DNA of 64,000 nucleotides from Eledone cirrhosa (GCA_964016885.1 OZ024741.1:148986001-149050000); one strand, 5' to 3'; shown: positions 1 through 16,735, counted from the first letter of the stretch. Program-made: numbers and translations. The notes: a model not told the origin generated them from the sequence alone.

Positions 1-86
1 TTTATATATATATATTTATATTTATATATATATATATTTATATATATTTATATTTATATATATATATATTTATATATATATATATT

Positions 87-141
<55 letters not shown>

Positions 142-144
142 ATT

Positions 145-175
<31 letters not shown>

Positions 176-234
176 ATATATATTTATATTTATATATATA
201 TATATTTATATATATATATATTTATATATATATA

Positions 235-311
<77 letters not shown>

Positions 312-384
312 TTATTTATATATATATTTATATATATATATATTTATATATATATTTATATATATATATATTTATATATATATA

Positions 385-429
<45 letters not shown>

Positions 430-504
430 TTATATATATATATATTTATATATTTATATATATATTTATATATATATATATTTATATATATATATATATA
501 TTTA
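1..504. repeat. (TA)n microsatellite with TTTA interruptions
   Basis: Direct sequence inspection. Confidence 0.97.
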
Positions 505-638
505 TATGCAAAAGTTTTATTTAAAATTGTTGGGTTACAACAAGTAAATATTTTATAACTGATATAAAGCACTCGACAAGTTTTTGGAGTAGATATACGA
601 TATTAAACAAATGGAAACTATATTTATAAAACCATATT

Positions 639-704
639 TATTTCATTATACATATTTCAGGGATACCATATTAAAAATATGGCATGCCTTCGTCAGATAA
701 AATA
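639..704 (-). ncRNA. Type I hammerhead ribozyme (AUA site) in a non-coding cassette at ~505-905
   Basis: Minus strand reads tattttat CTGACGA aggcatgccatatt-ttt-aatatggtatccct GAAA t-atgt-a TA atgaaata. Stem I is 8 bp, stem II is long and stem III is minimal. Confidence 0.8.
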
Positions 705-960
705 CAATATATAAACAGTTTTATAAATAATTTTGACGTAACTTATTATAAGCGACCATTATATTTGGAAGCTGTCTGGATAGTGATTTGTTTATAATTA
801 TTTAGTTATAGTGTTAAGCACAGTTAGAAAAAAGACGGAGAGAAAGAAATATATATATAAATAGATAGGAGGAAGTGAAAAAGAAGTGAAAAAGAAGTGA
901 AAAATTTATATATATATATATATATTTATTCAGTCATAGGATTTTAAACCAATACCGAAT

Positions 961-3100
961 ATGGATAAATACCCTTTGGACTACTCTGTAAAGAATATCC
1001 CAACACCTTCTAACACTCTCTACACGAAAATACTGATAGACAAAGTAGAGAAGGTTGTTAAAAGAATGAGATGGAAAGCTTTGATTCTCGATGGTCAATT
1101 TAACACGGATTCTACGGAATACTTTGACATCAAAACTCACAAATACCCGCAAAGAGTAAAAGATATGACCGCCTTTGAATTAGATCTAGTTAACCTTATC
1201 AACAACATCAATTTTCGTAAGTACTCTAACCCCTTTCAATCCAAATTATCTAATGATATTTCTACTTTCAAATCTTCTAATAATAAGTTCATCTTCTCAG
1301 ATAAAACTAAAAACCTATATGAAGTTAATAATAATTTACACGACCAACTATTAATAGATAATATCACCTCTAAATACCAAATAGCTAATATAAATACGTA
1401 CTATAATATAAATAAGGAAGCTAAAGAATTAGCTTTTTCTTTAAAAATAGATAATAGGACAGAAAAACTTGCTAAACGTTCTGCGTATATCACCCTTAAA
1501 GATCATAAACCCGACTTTATTAATCGCCCTAGTTGTAGATTAATCAACCCTGCTAAGACTGATATTGGTCTTGCCAGTAAAAAAATTTTAAATAAATTAA
1601 ATACACACATTAGAAGTAAGTCTAAATTACTCCAATGGATAAATAGCTCTTCCGTAGTACATTGGTTTAATAATATTAAAAACAAAATCAGTTCTAGATT
1701 CACCCAATTCGATATCGTAGATTTCTACCCATCTATTACTCAGACCCTTTTAGTGAAAGCTTTAAATTTCGCTAGAGGGTTCACTAATATCTCCGATATT
1801 GAAGAGGATGTAATCTTGCATGCTAGGAACACTCTACTTTTTAATGATAATGACACTTGGGTAAAAATATCTAACCCAGAGAACCCATTCGATGTCTCAA
1901 TGGGCTCTTATGACAGTGCCGAGGTTTGTGATCTGGTCGGCCTATTCCTCTTACATACACTTAAAGAAAAATTTCCTAACCATATTTTTGGGCTTTATCG
2001 CGATGATGGTCTAATACTTTCCCCATACCACCATAGGCCATAACTTAGATAGATTAAGGAAAGACTTAATAAAAACCTTTGCTAGTTTTAATCTTAAAAT
2101 TACTATTGATACTAATCTTTCCAACGTAGATTTCCTAGATATAAACTTAGATTTGCCTACTGCTTCTTATAAACCATACCATAAACCTAATGAAAACTTA
2201 AAATATATTAATAAAGGATCTTGCCATCCACCTATAGTTTTTAAAAACCTTATCCCTAATATTAGCCGTAGGATCTCCACCCTCTCTTCATCAGAAGCTA
2301 TTTTCAACAAGGCATCCCCCTACTATAATAAAGCCCTCCAAAATAGCGGCTTTAGCGAACCGATTAAATACATACCTAACTACACTAACTCTATTAAACA
2401 TAAAAATAGGAAAAGAAAAATAATCTGGTTCACACCCCCCTACTCTCTAACAGTTAAAACTAATGAAGGCAAAAAATTCCTAGAACTCCTAGATAAACAT
2501 TTCCCTAGAACACATAGATACTATAAGATCTTTAACAGAAACTGTGTTAAAATTAGCTATTCCTGCGGTCCCCCTATTAAGTCCTATATCCTCAACAAAA
2601 CATCACCTAGAGAAAATCAAACTTGCTCCTGTAGAATCAAAAGTGAATGCCCATTACAAGGTAAATGCAACACCAAAGCCATTGTATATGCGGCTAATGT
2701 GACAACTATCAGCAACAACCATCCAGTCACCAGTGAACGATATGTGGGTATGACGCAAGACAAATTCAAAACGCGTTATTACTCACATGTCGCATCCTTT
2801 CGACATCCAGAAAAAAGATTTACAACAGCTCTGGCTAGCAGAATCTGGGATTTGAAAGACCAAGGCATCCAATATAAACTAGATTGGTCAATTTTGAACC
2901 AATCTAAAAAATATGCTAGAGGAACAAGAAAATGCACGCTCTGCATAAATGAAAAATTTTGGATATTGCAAAATCTCAAATCACCAAAGACCTGCCTGAA
3001 CACAAAGACGGAAATTTTTACCAGTTGCCCACACATGAAATCACACCTGCTTTCCAGCTCATATAAACTTAACACACTTTCAGACACTTATCCTCCATAA
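961..3100 (+). mobile_element. Penelope-like element ORF (RT + C-terminal GIY-YIG endonuclease), about 712 aa with a single +1 frameshift near 2017-2040
   Basis: RT motifs QFDIVDFYPSI, SMGSYDSAEVCDLVG and YRDDG, then VDFLDINLDL in the next frame. Cys linker CSCRIKSECPLQGKC, GIY-YIG motif IVYAA...YVGMT...KFKTRY..H, and CTLCINEK. Confidence 0.93.
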
Positions 3101-4323
3101 ACTCTGATTATTCTCTTTTTAATTACCCTTTCTGACTTACTTTCATTCTTATCCTTGTCAATAATTTCATTTATTTTCACTTTTATTTATTTTTTTATTT
3201 ATTTTTACTTCACCCCCCCCCCCCTTTATTCTCCGATCCACTTCCTATTTTCTATTTTTTACTTCCCCTTCTTTTACTTCCCTTGTTCCTCTACTAACTG
3301 ATTATATACTTGTCTTTTGTGTTCTTCAATCCAGATATATTTTTCATTTTTATTTTTATTTTATTTTTGCGCAGCCTATCCTACAATTTTATATTTGTAT
3401 TTATTTATCCACATTTCAATATGGCTGAACGCCTTAATGTGTGTATACTTTTTTTACATATGTACATGAGTGACTACGTATGTGCGTGCATGTATGTGTA
3501 TATATATATATATATATATGTATATGTATATGTACGTGTATGTATGCGTGTGTGTACTGGTGTTTGTGTGTGTGTGTGTGTGTATATTATGCGTATGTGT
3601 AAGTGTCTTTATATCCGTGTTTTTGACATTTCGGTTTTATATTTTTTTGTTTCTTTTTTCTCCCCCCCCCCCTTCCCTCTTTTGTTACTTACCCAGTTTC
3701 ATACATGGGCATGCAAACAGGTTTAATTGCGCGAGTATAAGTATGTGTATGTGTGTGTGTGTATGTACGTATCGAACGTATGGAAGTGTAAGTGAGCGTG
3801 TGTATATAAGCATAATTATTTTTACATTTCTTTTGTGAGACACGCGTGTCTGTGTATGTATGTACCCCGCTTTTTTTGTTTTCTTTAATTTTTTCTTTCT
3901 ATCTTGTCTTTCTAATTTATCGTTACTATATTTTTATAAATATATCGTAATAGATACTTTTCTTTTATTTATTATACTCTCTTTATCTCCTTTCTTTCTG
4001 CATCTTAGTGTATGAGTGTCCAGGCGTTTTTATGCGCGCGACTTTATTTTCTTATTTTTACGAAGTAACCATTTCCGTCTGTATAATACAGACATATAGA
4101 TACATTTGCCCTAAACTTTTATAATTACGCACACTTTCTAACCATACATTTACACGTGCACATATACATATATGCACATCTATGAGCGTATATACATACA
4201 CATACACACACCTAACTATTTTTCTTGATAGATTTTTATATATTTCAATTTCTATTTCATTTATCTATATATTTTTTTTTGATTTTCTTGATGTGTTTTT
4301 CTAAGTATTTGCCCATGTTTTAT

Positions 4324-4401
4324 ATTGCCTCGTCTGACGAACGAATGAAGTCGTTTATTTCGTATTCGCCTCATTCGCGAAACCTCTGGTAATGAGGTAA
4401 T
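4324..4401 (+). ncRNA. Type I hammerhead ribozyme (GUA, cleavage after 4391) in the 3' pLTR/UTR of the 961-3100 PLE
   Basis: attgcctcgt CTGACGA a-cgaatga...tcattcg-c GAAA cc-tct-gg TA atgaggtaat. Stem I is 10 bp including G-U pairs. The element runs into (TA)n at ~4503. Confidence 0.88.
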
Positions 4402-4544
4402 TATATTGTATTGATTTTATACATTAAATTTTGCTCTGATATTTACATAGAGCACTCTTCATTTCTATGACCTTTTCTGTTTCCAACTGAAATTTCAATA
4501 CTTATATATATATATATTTATATATATATATATTTATATATATT

Positions 4545-4577
<33 letters not shown>

Positions 4578-4594
4578 ATTTATATATATATATT

Positions 4595-4629
<35 letters not shown>

Positions 4630-4630
4630 T

Positions 4631-4681
<51 letters not shown>

Positions 4682-4696
4682 ATATTTATATATATT

Positions 4697-4729
<33 letters not shown>

Positions 4730-4815
4730 ATATTTATAACGAAGGAAATGTGGTAAGGAACCAGGTGGACCATAACGCACCAAAGTACTCAATACTTGAG
4801 GTAGTAGAGTGGGTA

Positions 4816-4932
4816 ATAGGAACCAGTAAGACCCCGACAGCTGAGCTCAAGCCGTTTCGACGGCTAATTCTGGTCCAGAATTAGCCGTCGAAACGGCTTG
4901 AGCTCAGCTGTCGGGGTCTTACTGGTTCCTAT
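4816..4932. repeat. Perfect palindrome, 58-bp arms, 1-nt loop (4874), carrying the 3' half of a hammerhead
   Basis: The arms are exact reverse complements. The right arm has GAAA cggc-ttgagctca-gctg TC ggggtct. The cassette 4737-4932 is flanked by (TA)n. Confidence 0.95.
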
Positions 4933-4962
4933 ATATATTTATATATAGTTTTAATATAGATG

Positions 4963-5013
4963 AGATTCTACAGGACTAGAACTGTTTCATTCTTTAGAAA
5001 TCATCAGGAATCT
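4963..5013 (-). ncRNA. Compact type I hammerhead ribozyme (GUA)
   Basis: Minus strand: agattc CTGATGA t-ttct-aa-agaa-t GAAA cag-ttctagtc-ctg TA gaatct. Confidence 0.88.
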
Positions 5014-5081
5014 ATATATAGATTTTGAATTTATACAGCTCATTTATACAGCTCCAACCGGGATTGATCGCAGCATATTCG

Positions 5082-7291
<2,210 letters not shown>

Positions 7292-7426
7292 TGTAGATAA
7301 ATCTACCAAGAGTTTACGGTAGTGTCCAATCCGTATGAAGAACTCAATGTATTCCGGATATCATGGAAAGAAGAGATGTAATGAAAAATCACTTTCGGTG
7401 AAAGATAAACGGTATACAGAGTCAAG

Positions 7427-7853
7427 ATAAAATATTAAACAAATAATGAATAAACAATGAGACAGTTCCTTATATTAAACAAAAAAAGTTCATTATTTAA
7501 CGATCGTTTCTAGGATATATATGTGTTAGAATTGGCATGCATATTCAACAGATCTATGTACAAAATTATACAAAATTATACAAACTATCAAGATTAAATA
7601 TACATACCAACACATATATACGCCGTCTTCAGAAATAATGATTATTTCTGAAGACGGCGTATATATGTGTTGGTATGTATATTTAATCTTGATAGTTTGT
7701 ATAATTTTGTATAATTTTGTACATAGATCTGTTGAATATGCATGCCAATTCTAACACATATATATCCTAGAAACGATCGTTAAATAATGAACTTTTTTTG
7801 TTTAATATAAGGAACTGTCTCATTGTTTATTCATTATTTGTTTAATATTTTAT
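7427..7853. repeat. Perfect palindrome, 213-bp arms, 1-nt loop at 7640
   Basis: 7427-7639 is the reverse complement of 7641-7853, with no mismatch seen by eye. Confidence 0.95.
7641..7788 (+). ncRNA. Type I hammerhead (GUU) with a very long stem II insert; mirror copy at 7492-7639 on the - strand
   Basis: attattt CTGAAGA cggcgtatatatgtgttgg...ctaacacatatatatccta GAAA c-gatc-g TT aaataat. Stem/loop III is palindromic (AACGATCGTT). Confidence 0.82.
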
Positions 7854-7856
7854 ATT

Positions 7857-7887
<31 letters not shown>

Positions 7888-7904
7888 ATATTTATATATA
7901 TATT

Positions 7905-7989
<85 letters not shown>

Positions 7990-8094
7990 ATATTTATATA
8001 TATATAGATATATATATTTATATATATATATATTTATATATATATATATATATTTACATATATAGATATATATATTTATATATATATATTTATA

Positions 8095-8258
8095 TATACG
8101 ATATTAAACAAATGGAAACTATATTTATAAAACCATATTTATTTCATTATACATATTTCAGGGATACTATCTACTCCCAAAACTTGTCGATTGCTTTATA
8201 TCAGTCATAAAATATTTACTTGTTGTAACCCAACAATTTTAAATAAAACTTTTGCATA
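8095..8258. mobile_element. Rearranged (part-inverted) copy of the 505-666 cassette
   Basis: 8095-8167 matches ~594-666 in direct orientation, and 8168-8258 is the reverse complement of ~503-595. Confidence 0.9.
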
Positions 8259-8424
8259 TATTTATATATATATATTTATATATATATATTTATATATATA
8301 TATATTTATATATATATATATTTATATATATATATTTATATATATATTTTTATATATATATATTTTTATATATATTTATATATATATATATTTATATATA
8401 TGTAAGCATCTAGCTTGTATGTAT

Positions 8425-8900
8425 GTAAAAAAGCATCTAGCCCACACTGCAAACAGGTTGTGTAGGTGTCATGACAAAACGCACCCAGCCCAAACCTTAA
8501 AGTGGTTGTGTAGGTTTCACAACAAAAAACAGCCAGCCCATACTGTAAAGTGGTTGTGTAGGTTTCACAAAAAAAACGCCAAGCCCATACTGTAAAGTGG
8601 TTGTGTAGATGGTCATGACAAAAAGCTCCCATCCCACACTGTAAAGTGATCATGTAGGTGTCATGACAAAACGCTCCCATCCCACACTGTAAAGTGGTCG
8701 TATAGGTGTCACGTCAAAAAGCACCCAGCACACATTCTAAATGCAGTTGACATTAGCAAGTCGTAGAAACCATGCCAGAAATACTGCTGCATGAGCAAGA
8801 CACGGTCAACTGACCCAACTTGCCTGAAACAGTACAACCCATCTAACCCATGCTAGCATGAAAAATAGACGTTAACCAGTGATGATTATGATGATGATGA
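8425..8900 (+). mobile_element. RTE LINE 3' UTR with ~6-7 tandem ~48-bp units and a (TGA)n tail
   Basis: The unit is approximately aaaagcacccagcccacactgtaaagtggttgtgtaggtgtcatgac. The same unit occurs 2-3 times in RTE 3' UTRs near 26800, 49010, 54400 and 58930. Confidence 0.8.
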
Positions 8901-8944
8901 GATATATATATCATCATCATTGTTTAACGTCCATGTTCCACGCA

Positions 8945-9720
8945 TTTTGGTTTCATACCTGGGAAAAGTACTACAAGATGTCTTTTCTTTAGTGAGGCAG
9001 CAACAACAGAAGTTCCTAGTCAAGAATAATCTGCAATATTTAGCTTTTGTTGATATAGAAAAGATCTTTGACAGAGTACCTCAATCTATTATCTGGTAGT
9101 CATCAACGAAATTAGGTGTAGAAGAGCTAGTGAGAGCAGTGTAAGCCATGTACAGAAGAGCTGTCAATAGAGTGAGAGTAGGTAGTGAATTTAGTGAAGA
9201 ATTCAAGGTGCTGAGAAGAGTTTATCAGGATTCAGTTCTTAGCCCACTGCTATCCATCGTAGTTCTCCAGGTTATATCAGGAGTTTAAGATGGTTGTCTA
9301 TGGGAGCTTCTCTATGTGAATGATCTGGTCCTTATAGCTGAATCTGTAAAATAACTAGAGAATAAGTGGGTATGCAAGATAACAGGTAGACTCACAGGAA
9401 GGGAAGATTCGTATGTAGGTGCCCAGGGGTAGTTGAGGGGAAAAGCGTGATATAGATCTTTTCCATTCATAGGAAGGTTCCATAGAAGTGGTTGATAACT
9501 TTGAGTATCTATGTGACTTAATTAGCAATATAAGAGGTTGCTCTGAGAGAATAAGCTAGAATAGGATAGGAAACGTTTAGAAAGCTACTCCCACTGTTCA
9601 CAAAAAATGGTTTTTTCCTACATACAAAAGGACGATAGTATGACGCCTGTTTGTGAAGTGTGATAGTAAAACGTGGGCTGTGACTGCAAAGACATGCATA
9701 GACTTGAGAGAAATGGAGCA
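8945..9720 (+). mobile_element. Decayed RTE reverse transcriptase fragment
   Basis: Translates to LAFVDIEKIFDRVP, QDSVLSPLL and ELLYVNDLVLIAES with stops. Homologous to 51500-52100. Confidence 0.8.
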
Positions 9721-10850
9721 ACCATGGGACAACACCTTCTTCAGTTGTCTGCTGTAGAGCACGGACGTTTCAACACCTTAAAGATGTCCGTGATCTCCAG
9801 CAGACAACTGAAGAGATTGTCCCCTGTTTGTGCTTTCCTCTTATTTATAAATACACTTTATCAAGTAACACTCAGCTTCCTATTTCTTCCAAATATATAT
9901 GTATGTATATATATGTATGTATTTGTATGTAGTTAACGACTGAGAGAAAAAAAGTACTTAATACCAAAGTAGAGTTTAAATATTCATTTATTACGACTAG
10001 ATAGTGAGTCCTGTCACTCTGGAGTTTCACCTGCTCACTAATAGGGTCATCAGAGTGAGTGAGCAGGTGAAACACCAGCGTAACTAAACTCACCACTCAG
10101 CCATAATAAATCAATTGATACATATCTAATCATCACCATCATCGTTTAACATCCACTTTCCAGGCTAGCTTGGGTTAGATGAGTTGTTCTATTTGAGACA
10201 AGTCAAATTAGGTGATTATATCTTGCTGATACAGCACTGCTTCTACACCAACCACATTTACAGTGTGGAATGGAGCGTGTAAGTACGTGGGTAAATGGCA
10301 AGGTGTTAGGATGTGGGTGGAGTGTTAGAGTGTAGGAGGTGTATACAGAGGGGCATTATGGCGTGGGAGGTGTATGGAAGGGGAGGGAGGATAAGGGTAA
10401 GTGGTGCATACTAGATGTATGCTTCAACCTGTGCACGTGGAAAGGCATGTCTTCTGTATTACACACACACACATATATATATACATACGTATATATATGT
10501 ATATATATAATTTTCGGCAGAAGAGGGCAGTACGTAGCTCTGATGATTTCCAAACAGCATGAAACAGACTGTTAGCTTCTCTGCTTTCTTTCGCCAAAAA
10601 GAAGTAAGTGACATAGTCACTACTTTAAAAATGATAGCTTAAGGTCTTCAAAATGTTTTTAATTAAACATACGGTATATTGCCAAATATACTATGCATAC
10701 ATTCATATATACATCACTATTTCAGAGCACCAATCCTAATATATATATATATATATATAAAATTTTCATAATTCCACACGAGGTGTACTAGCCTGCTTTT
10801 AAATTCCCTTTCTGGCACATTTTAGCAGTGGTTTTGGTTATCGTCTTTGA

Positions 10851-10931
10851 GCTCTACTGATGAACGGTTCCAACTGTGACTAACCCCACTGAAAAGTTTC
10901 GTGAAATAGTCTTTTTAAGACTATATAGAGC
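10851..10931 (+). ncRNA. Type I hammerhead ribozyme (AUA) in a non-coding cassette at ~10760-11170
   Basis: gctcta CTGATGA acg...cgt GAAA tagtctt-ttt-aagacta TA tagagc. Stem I is 6 bp and stem III is 8 bp. Confidence 0.88.
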
Positions 10932-11179
10932 ATTTGTAGTTTTTTCAAATTGAAGGATGAGAATTTAACCTTAATTTTATTCTATTGGTTTTTTCCCTGG
11001 ATTTCACAAAATCTGTCGATAAAATTTCTGTCTTGACTTTTTTTTTTTTAATTGAGTTTGAATTTGAATTATTTTCCCATATCTTACGTTAAATATTTTC
11101 CATCTTGACGTTATAGTCACTTATATATTATGAAATACTGTTGGCTTCTTGCTCACATTAATTTCTCTATTTTTCATTT

Positions 11180-13610
<2,431 letters not shown>

Positions 13611-13782
13611 ATATATATAAATTTTGAGTATATGTTGGTTGTTTACCGACACCTCAGTATGCAGATTGGAGCACTCGACGAAGTACGCAGGCTGGTTTGT
13701 TTACTCCGGAGTAATGTAAAATAATTAAGTCAAATATGTATAATTAAGTCAAATATGCCAAATTTTGCATATTTGACTTAAT

Positions 13783-13846
<64 letters not shown>

Positions 13847-14032
13847 ATGATAATAAATGTGAAGACTAAAATCCAAAGAGATAAGGATATATCAAATATA
13901 TAAGATCCCGTTAGGGGTGAAAGCAGCGATTCTTTGCTTAAACTTTAATTTGTTATTTTAATAAATATATATATACATATGTAGTAAAAGAATGAAGAAT
14001 AACATGGTCGGCTGTACAATAGGGATTATTTA

Positions 14033-14136
14033 CAATATTAACAACTGTTTCTTTAATCAGGTGAGTCTAAAAGCTGCTGATCGTTAGAAATTATGTCACT
14101 CGACCTAAATTACCCGATGAAATCGTCAGAATACTG
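14033..14136 (-). ncRNA. Type I hammerhead (GUU) with extended stem II
   Basis: Minus strand: cagtatt CTGACGA tttcatcgggt...acctgattaaa GAAA c-agtt-g TT aatattg. Confidence 0.78.
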
Positions 14137-14454
14137 GTGCGTATACAACGCAGAGCACTGGTTTGTATAGATACATCGGAGAATAACATAAATGAAAACA
14201 ATAATAATAATAAGGTTACTGATAATAATAGTAGTAGTGGTAGTAGTCATAGTTGTTATGGTGAGTAGATAGATGTGTAAAATAGTAATGACAGTGACAA
14301 TAATAATAACATGAAAAAAGTGAGGGATGAAATAATGCGGTAGGCGAAATACTGGTTAGTCGTAAACTGGTGTATTGGCGCCATTAAATTCATGAATTGG
14401 CGAAATAAAGAATAAAAAGTGATAAAAAATAATAAAAGGTAAAAATAAAAAGTT

Positions 14455-16240
14455 AGTACCTGGAACATCACAACCTTTACAGGTAAAGAGCAGGAACTAG
14501 TGGAGAAAGCTAGATGTTACCAGCTACATATAGTCAGGGTTTCCTCAACAAAGTTCCATGGCTCTGGTACTGTAGATTTGGATGGAGGATGGTAACTCCA
14601 CTATTCAGGTGTGACACCAGAAATTACTGCACAAGCAAGAGGGAGGATACTCATAAACCTCCAACTGTCAGAATGTGTCATGGACTAGTTAAGCTGAAAG
14701 ATAGGTGGTGCAAGTTTATACACCAAACAAGGAGTCCGAATACAAGTCCTTTCTTGATGAAGTCACTGCAGTGTTAGATGTAGTTAAGACTGAGTCATAT
14801 ATTCTGATGGGAAACTTCAATGCACATCTTGGCACTGACCACTTGACATGGAAAGGAGTGATTGGAAGAAACGGCGACCCTGATCTAAATACGAATGGAG
14901 AGGCCTTACTGGACTTGCGTTCTAACAATGGACTTCCTATTATGAATACCATCTTCCAGCACATAAATATATATGGTATAAGAGGAATCAGGGACAGAGA
15001 TCAATAATTGATTTTGTTACTGTTTCTCATCTCTTTGATTCTGTGCTGGATGTTCGTGTTAAGAGAAGGGCTGAGCTGTCAACTGACCACCATCTAGTTA
15101 TCTGCAACTTGAGACTACCTAAAGTCAAAGAAGCCCACAAAACTGGCAAATAAAGTGTTCTGGCAGACCATCTCCTGACTTTGTAATAAGAAGTCCTCCT
15201 CCACACCTGCTATCAAGAACACATCCGGGATTCTCCTCTCTTCAGAGAGGTGCATCCTCGTGAAGAGGAGAGAATACTTAAACCTGATCACAACAGCATT
15301 GTCTGATGTACACGAAGGGCATCTGGGAGTGGTGACTAATCTCTCAGAGGCTGAGGTCACAATGAAAAAAAATGAGGCAAAAATGAAATCCGGCTGAAGA
15401 TGTTAAAAGTCTTAAATAAAGAAGGTATTCTCTGGCTGACTTATGTGTGCCAGGTGGTCTGGATATCTGGAAAGGCACCTAAATAATGGCAATCAGTAGT
15501 GATAATCCCAATTTTCAAAACGAGAGACATGAGAGATGGTTCCAATTAGAGGGATCTCCTTGTTAAGCCTCCCCAGTAAAGTCTCTGGTAAGTGTCTGGC
15601 AAAGAAATGCAGGGAGATTGTTGAGTCCAAGCTAGGTGATCAACAGTGCGCTTTTCGCCCAGGACACAACACAGCCAACCAATTATTCAAACAGCGGCAG
15701 ATCTTCGAGAAATTGTGGGAGTTTTGCCAAGAGGTGTATTCTTGTTTTGTTGACCAGCTGGGCTGGAAGTAGTATCACGACTGGTGGGTCAATCAGCCAG
15801 AATATGTAGAGGACATGGTATTACTTAATTCATCAGAAGGTGATCTCTGACATATACTTGGTAAGTTTGACGCCAAGTGCTGCATGGCTGAAATAAAAAT
15901 CAGTGCTGTGATGATTGAGACACTCATCCTCTCAAGGAAGCATACACAGTGCACTCTACATGTGAGTGAAGTTCCACTGAAGTAGGTGGAGAAGTTCAAG
16001 AACAAGAATTGCAGGAGCTGGTGCAGTAATGCACCATCTTCAGCATTCAATCATAAGAAAGGAGGTAGGTGTAAAAGCCAAACTCGCTATCTTCAATTAA
16101 GTATTCATGCCAACCCTGAGCCATCCATAAGCACTGCTGGTCTTAGTTGGGGATCTAGCCAGATCAGTTGGAGATGGTTACTTCTCACAAGACCTGCTGG
16201 AAAGTGTGTTTGAGGACTCTGCCCCTATGACCCTCCCAAG
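14455..16240 (+). mobile_element. Decayed RTE-clade LINE (APE endonuclease + RT), second family
   Basis: TWNITTFTGKEQELVE, ILMGNFNAHLG, RGISLLSLPSKV and DQQCAFRPG, with many stops and deletions. Confidence 0.85.
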
Positions 16241-16735
16241 AACAGCAACAGCAACTCTATTTCTGACCGTTTTAAAGACCATATTCATTAAAAACATAAA
16301 AAAGCAACGGGTTAAGAGTTACCGAAAGTTGAACCGATGTAATATTCACCTCCAAAGTGAAGATATTTTAGCATCTCATTTACATAGAATTTGAAGTTGA
16401 TAAAAATCGGCAAAATATTGACACCATTTTACCATTGATTTTTTTTTTACATATTTCTCGACTTATATACAAATATATACAGTAAGTCATATATATCAAG
16501 ATATGAATAAGCTCAATGTATTATAATTATCGGCAATTATGCAAGTCAAACTAATCCAAGGTAGTAATACATGGTGTAAGGTCAGAATGACTGAAGATAA
16601 ATAGTGTTATAGAGCGTAAAATTTCACTTAATAGTGGGTAGGATGACTTGGAATATCTTTGTTCACATATATAAAAAAATAAATAAAAATAATGATAATA
16701 AAATATCTGAACACAACTAATTCACAGTAGTGAGA

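Noticed and set aside
961-3100. Selenocysteine-recoding (Naiad-type) PLE
   Set aside because: The endonuclease is C-terminal and the interruption is a frameshift ending in TAA, not an in-frame TGA.
8425-8745. CRISPR-like array
   Set aside because: The units are contiguous with no unique spacers, belong to the RTE 3' UTR, and there are no cas genes in this eukaryotic context.
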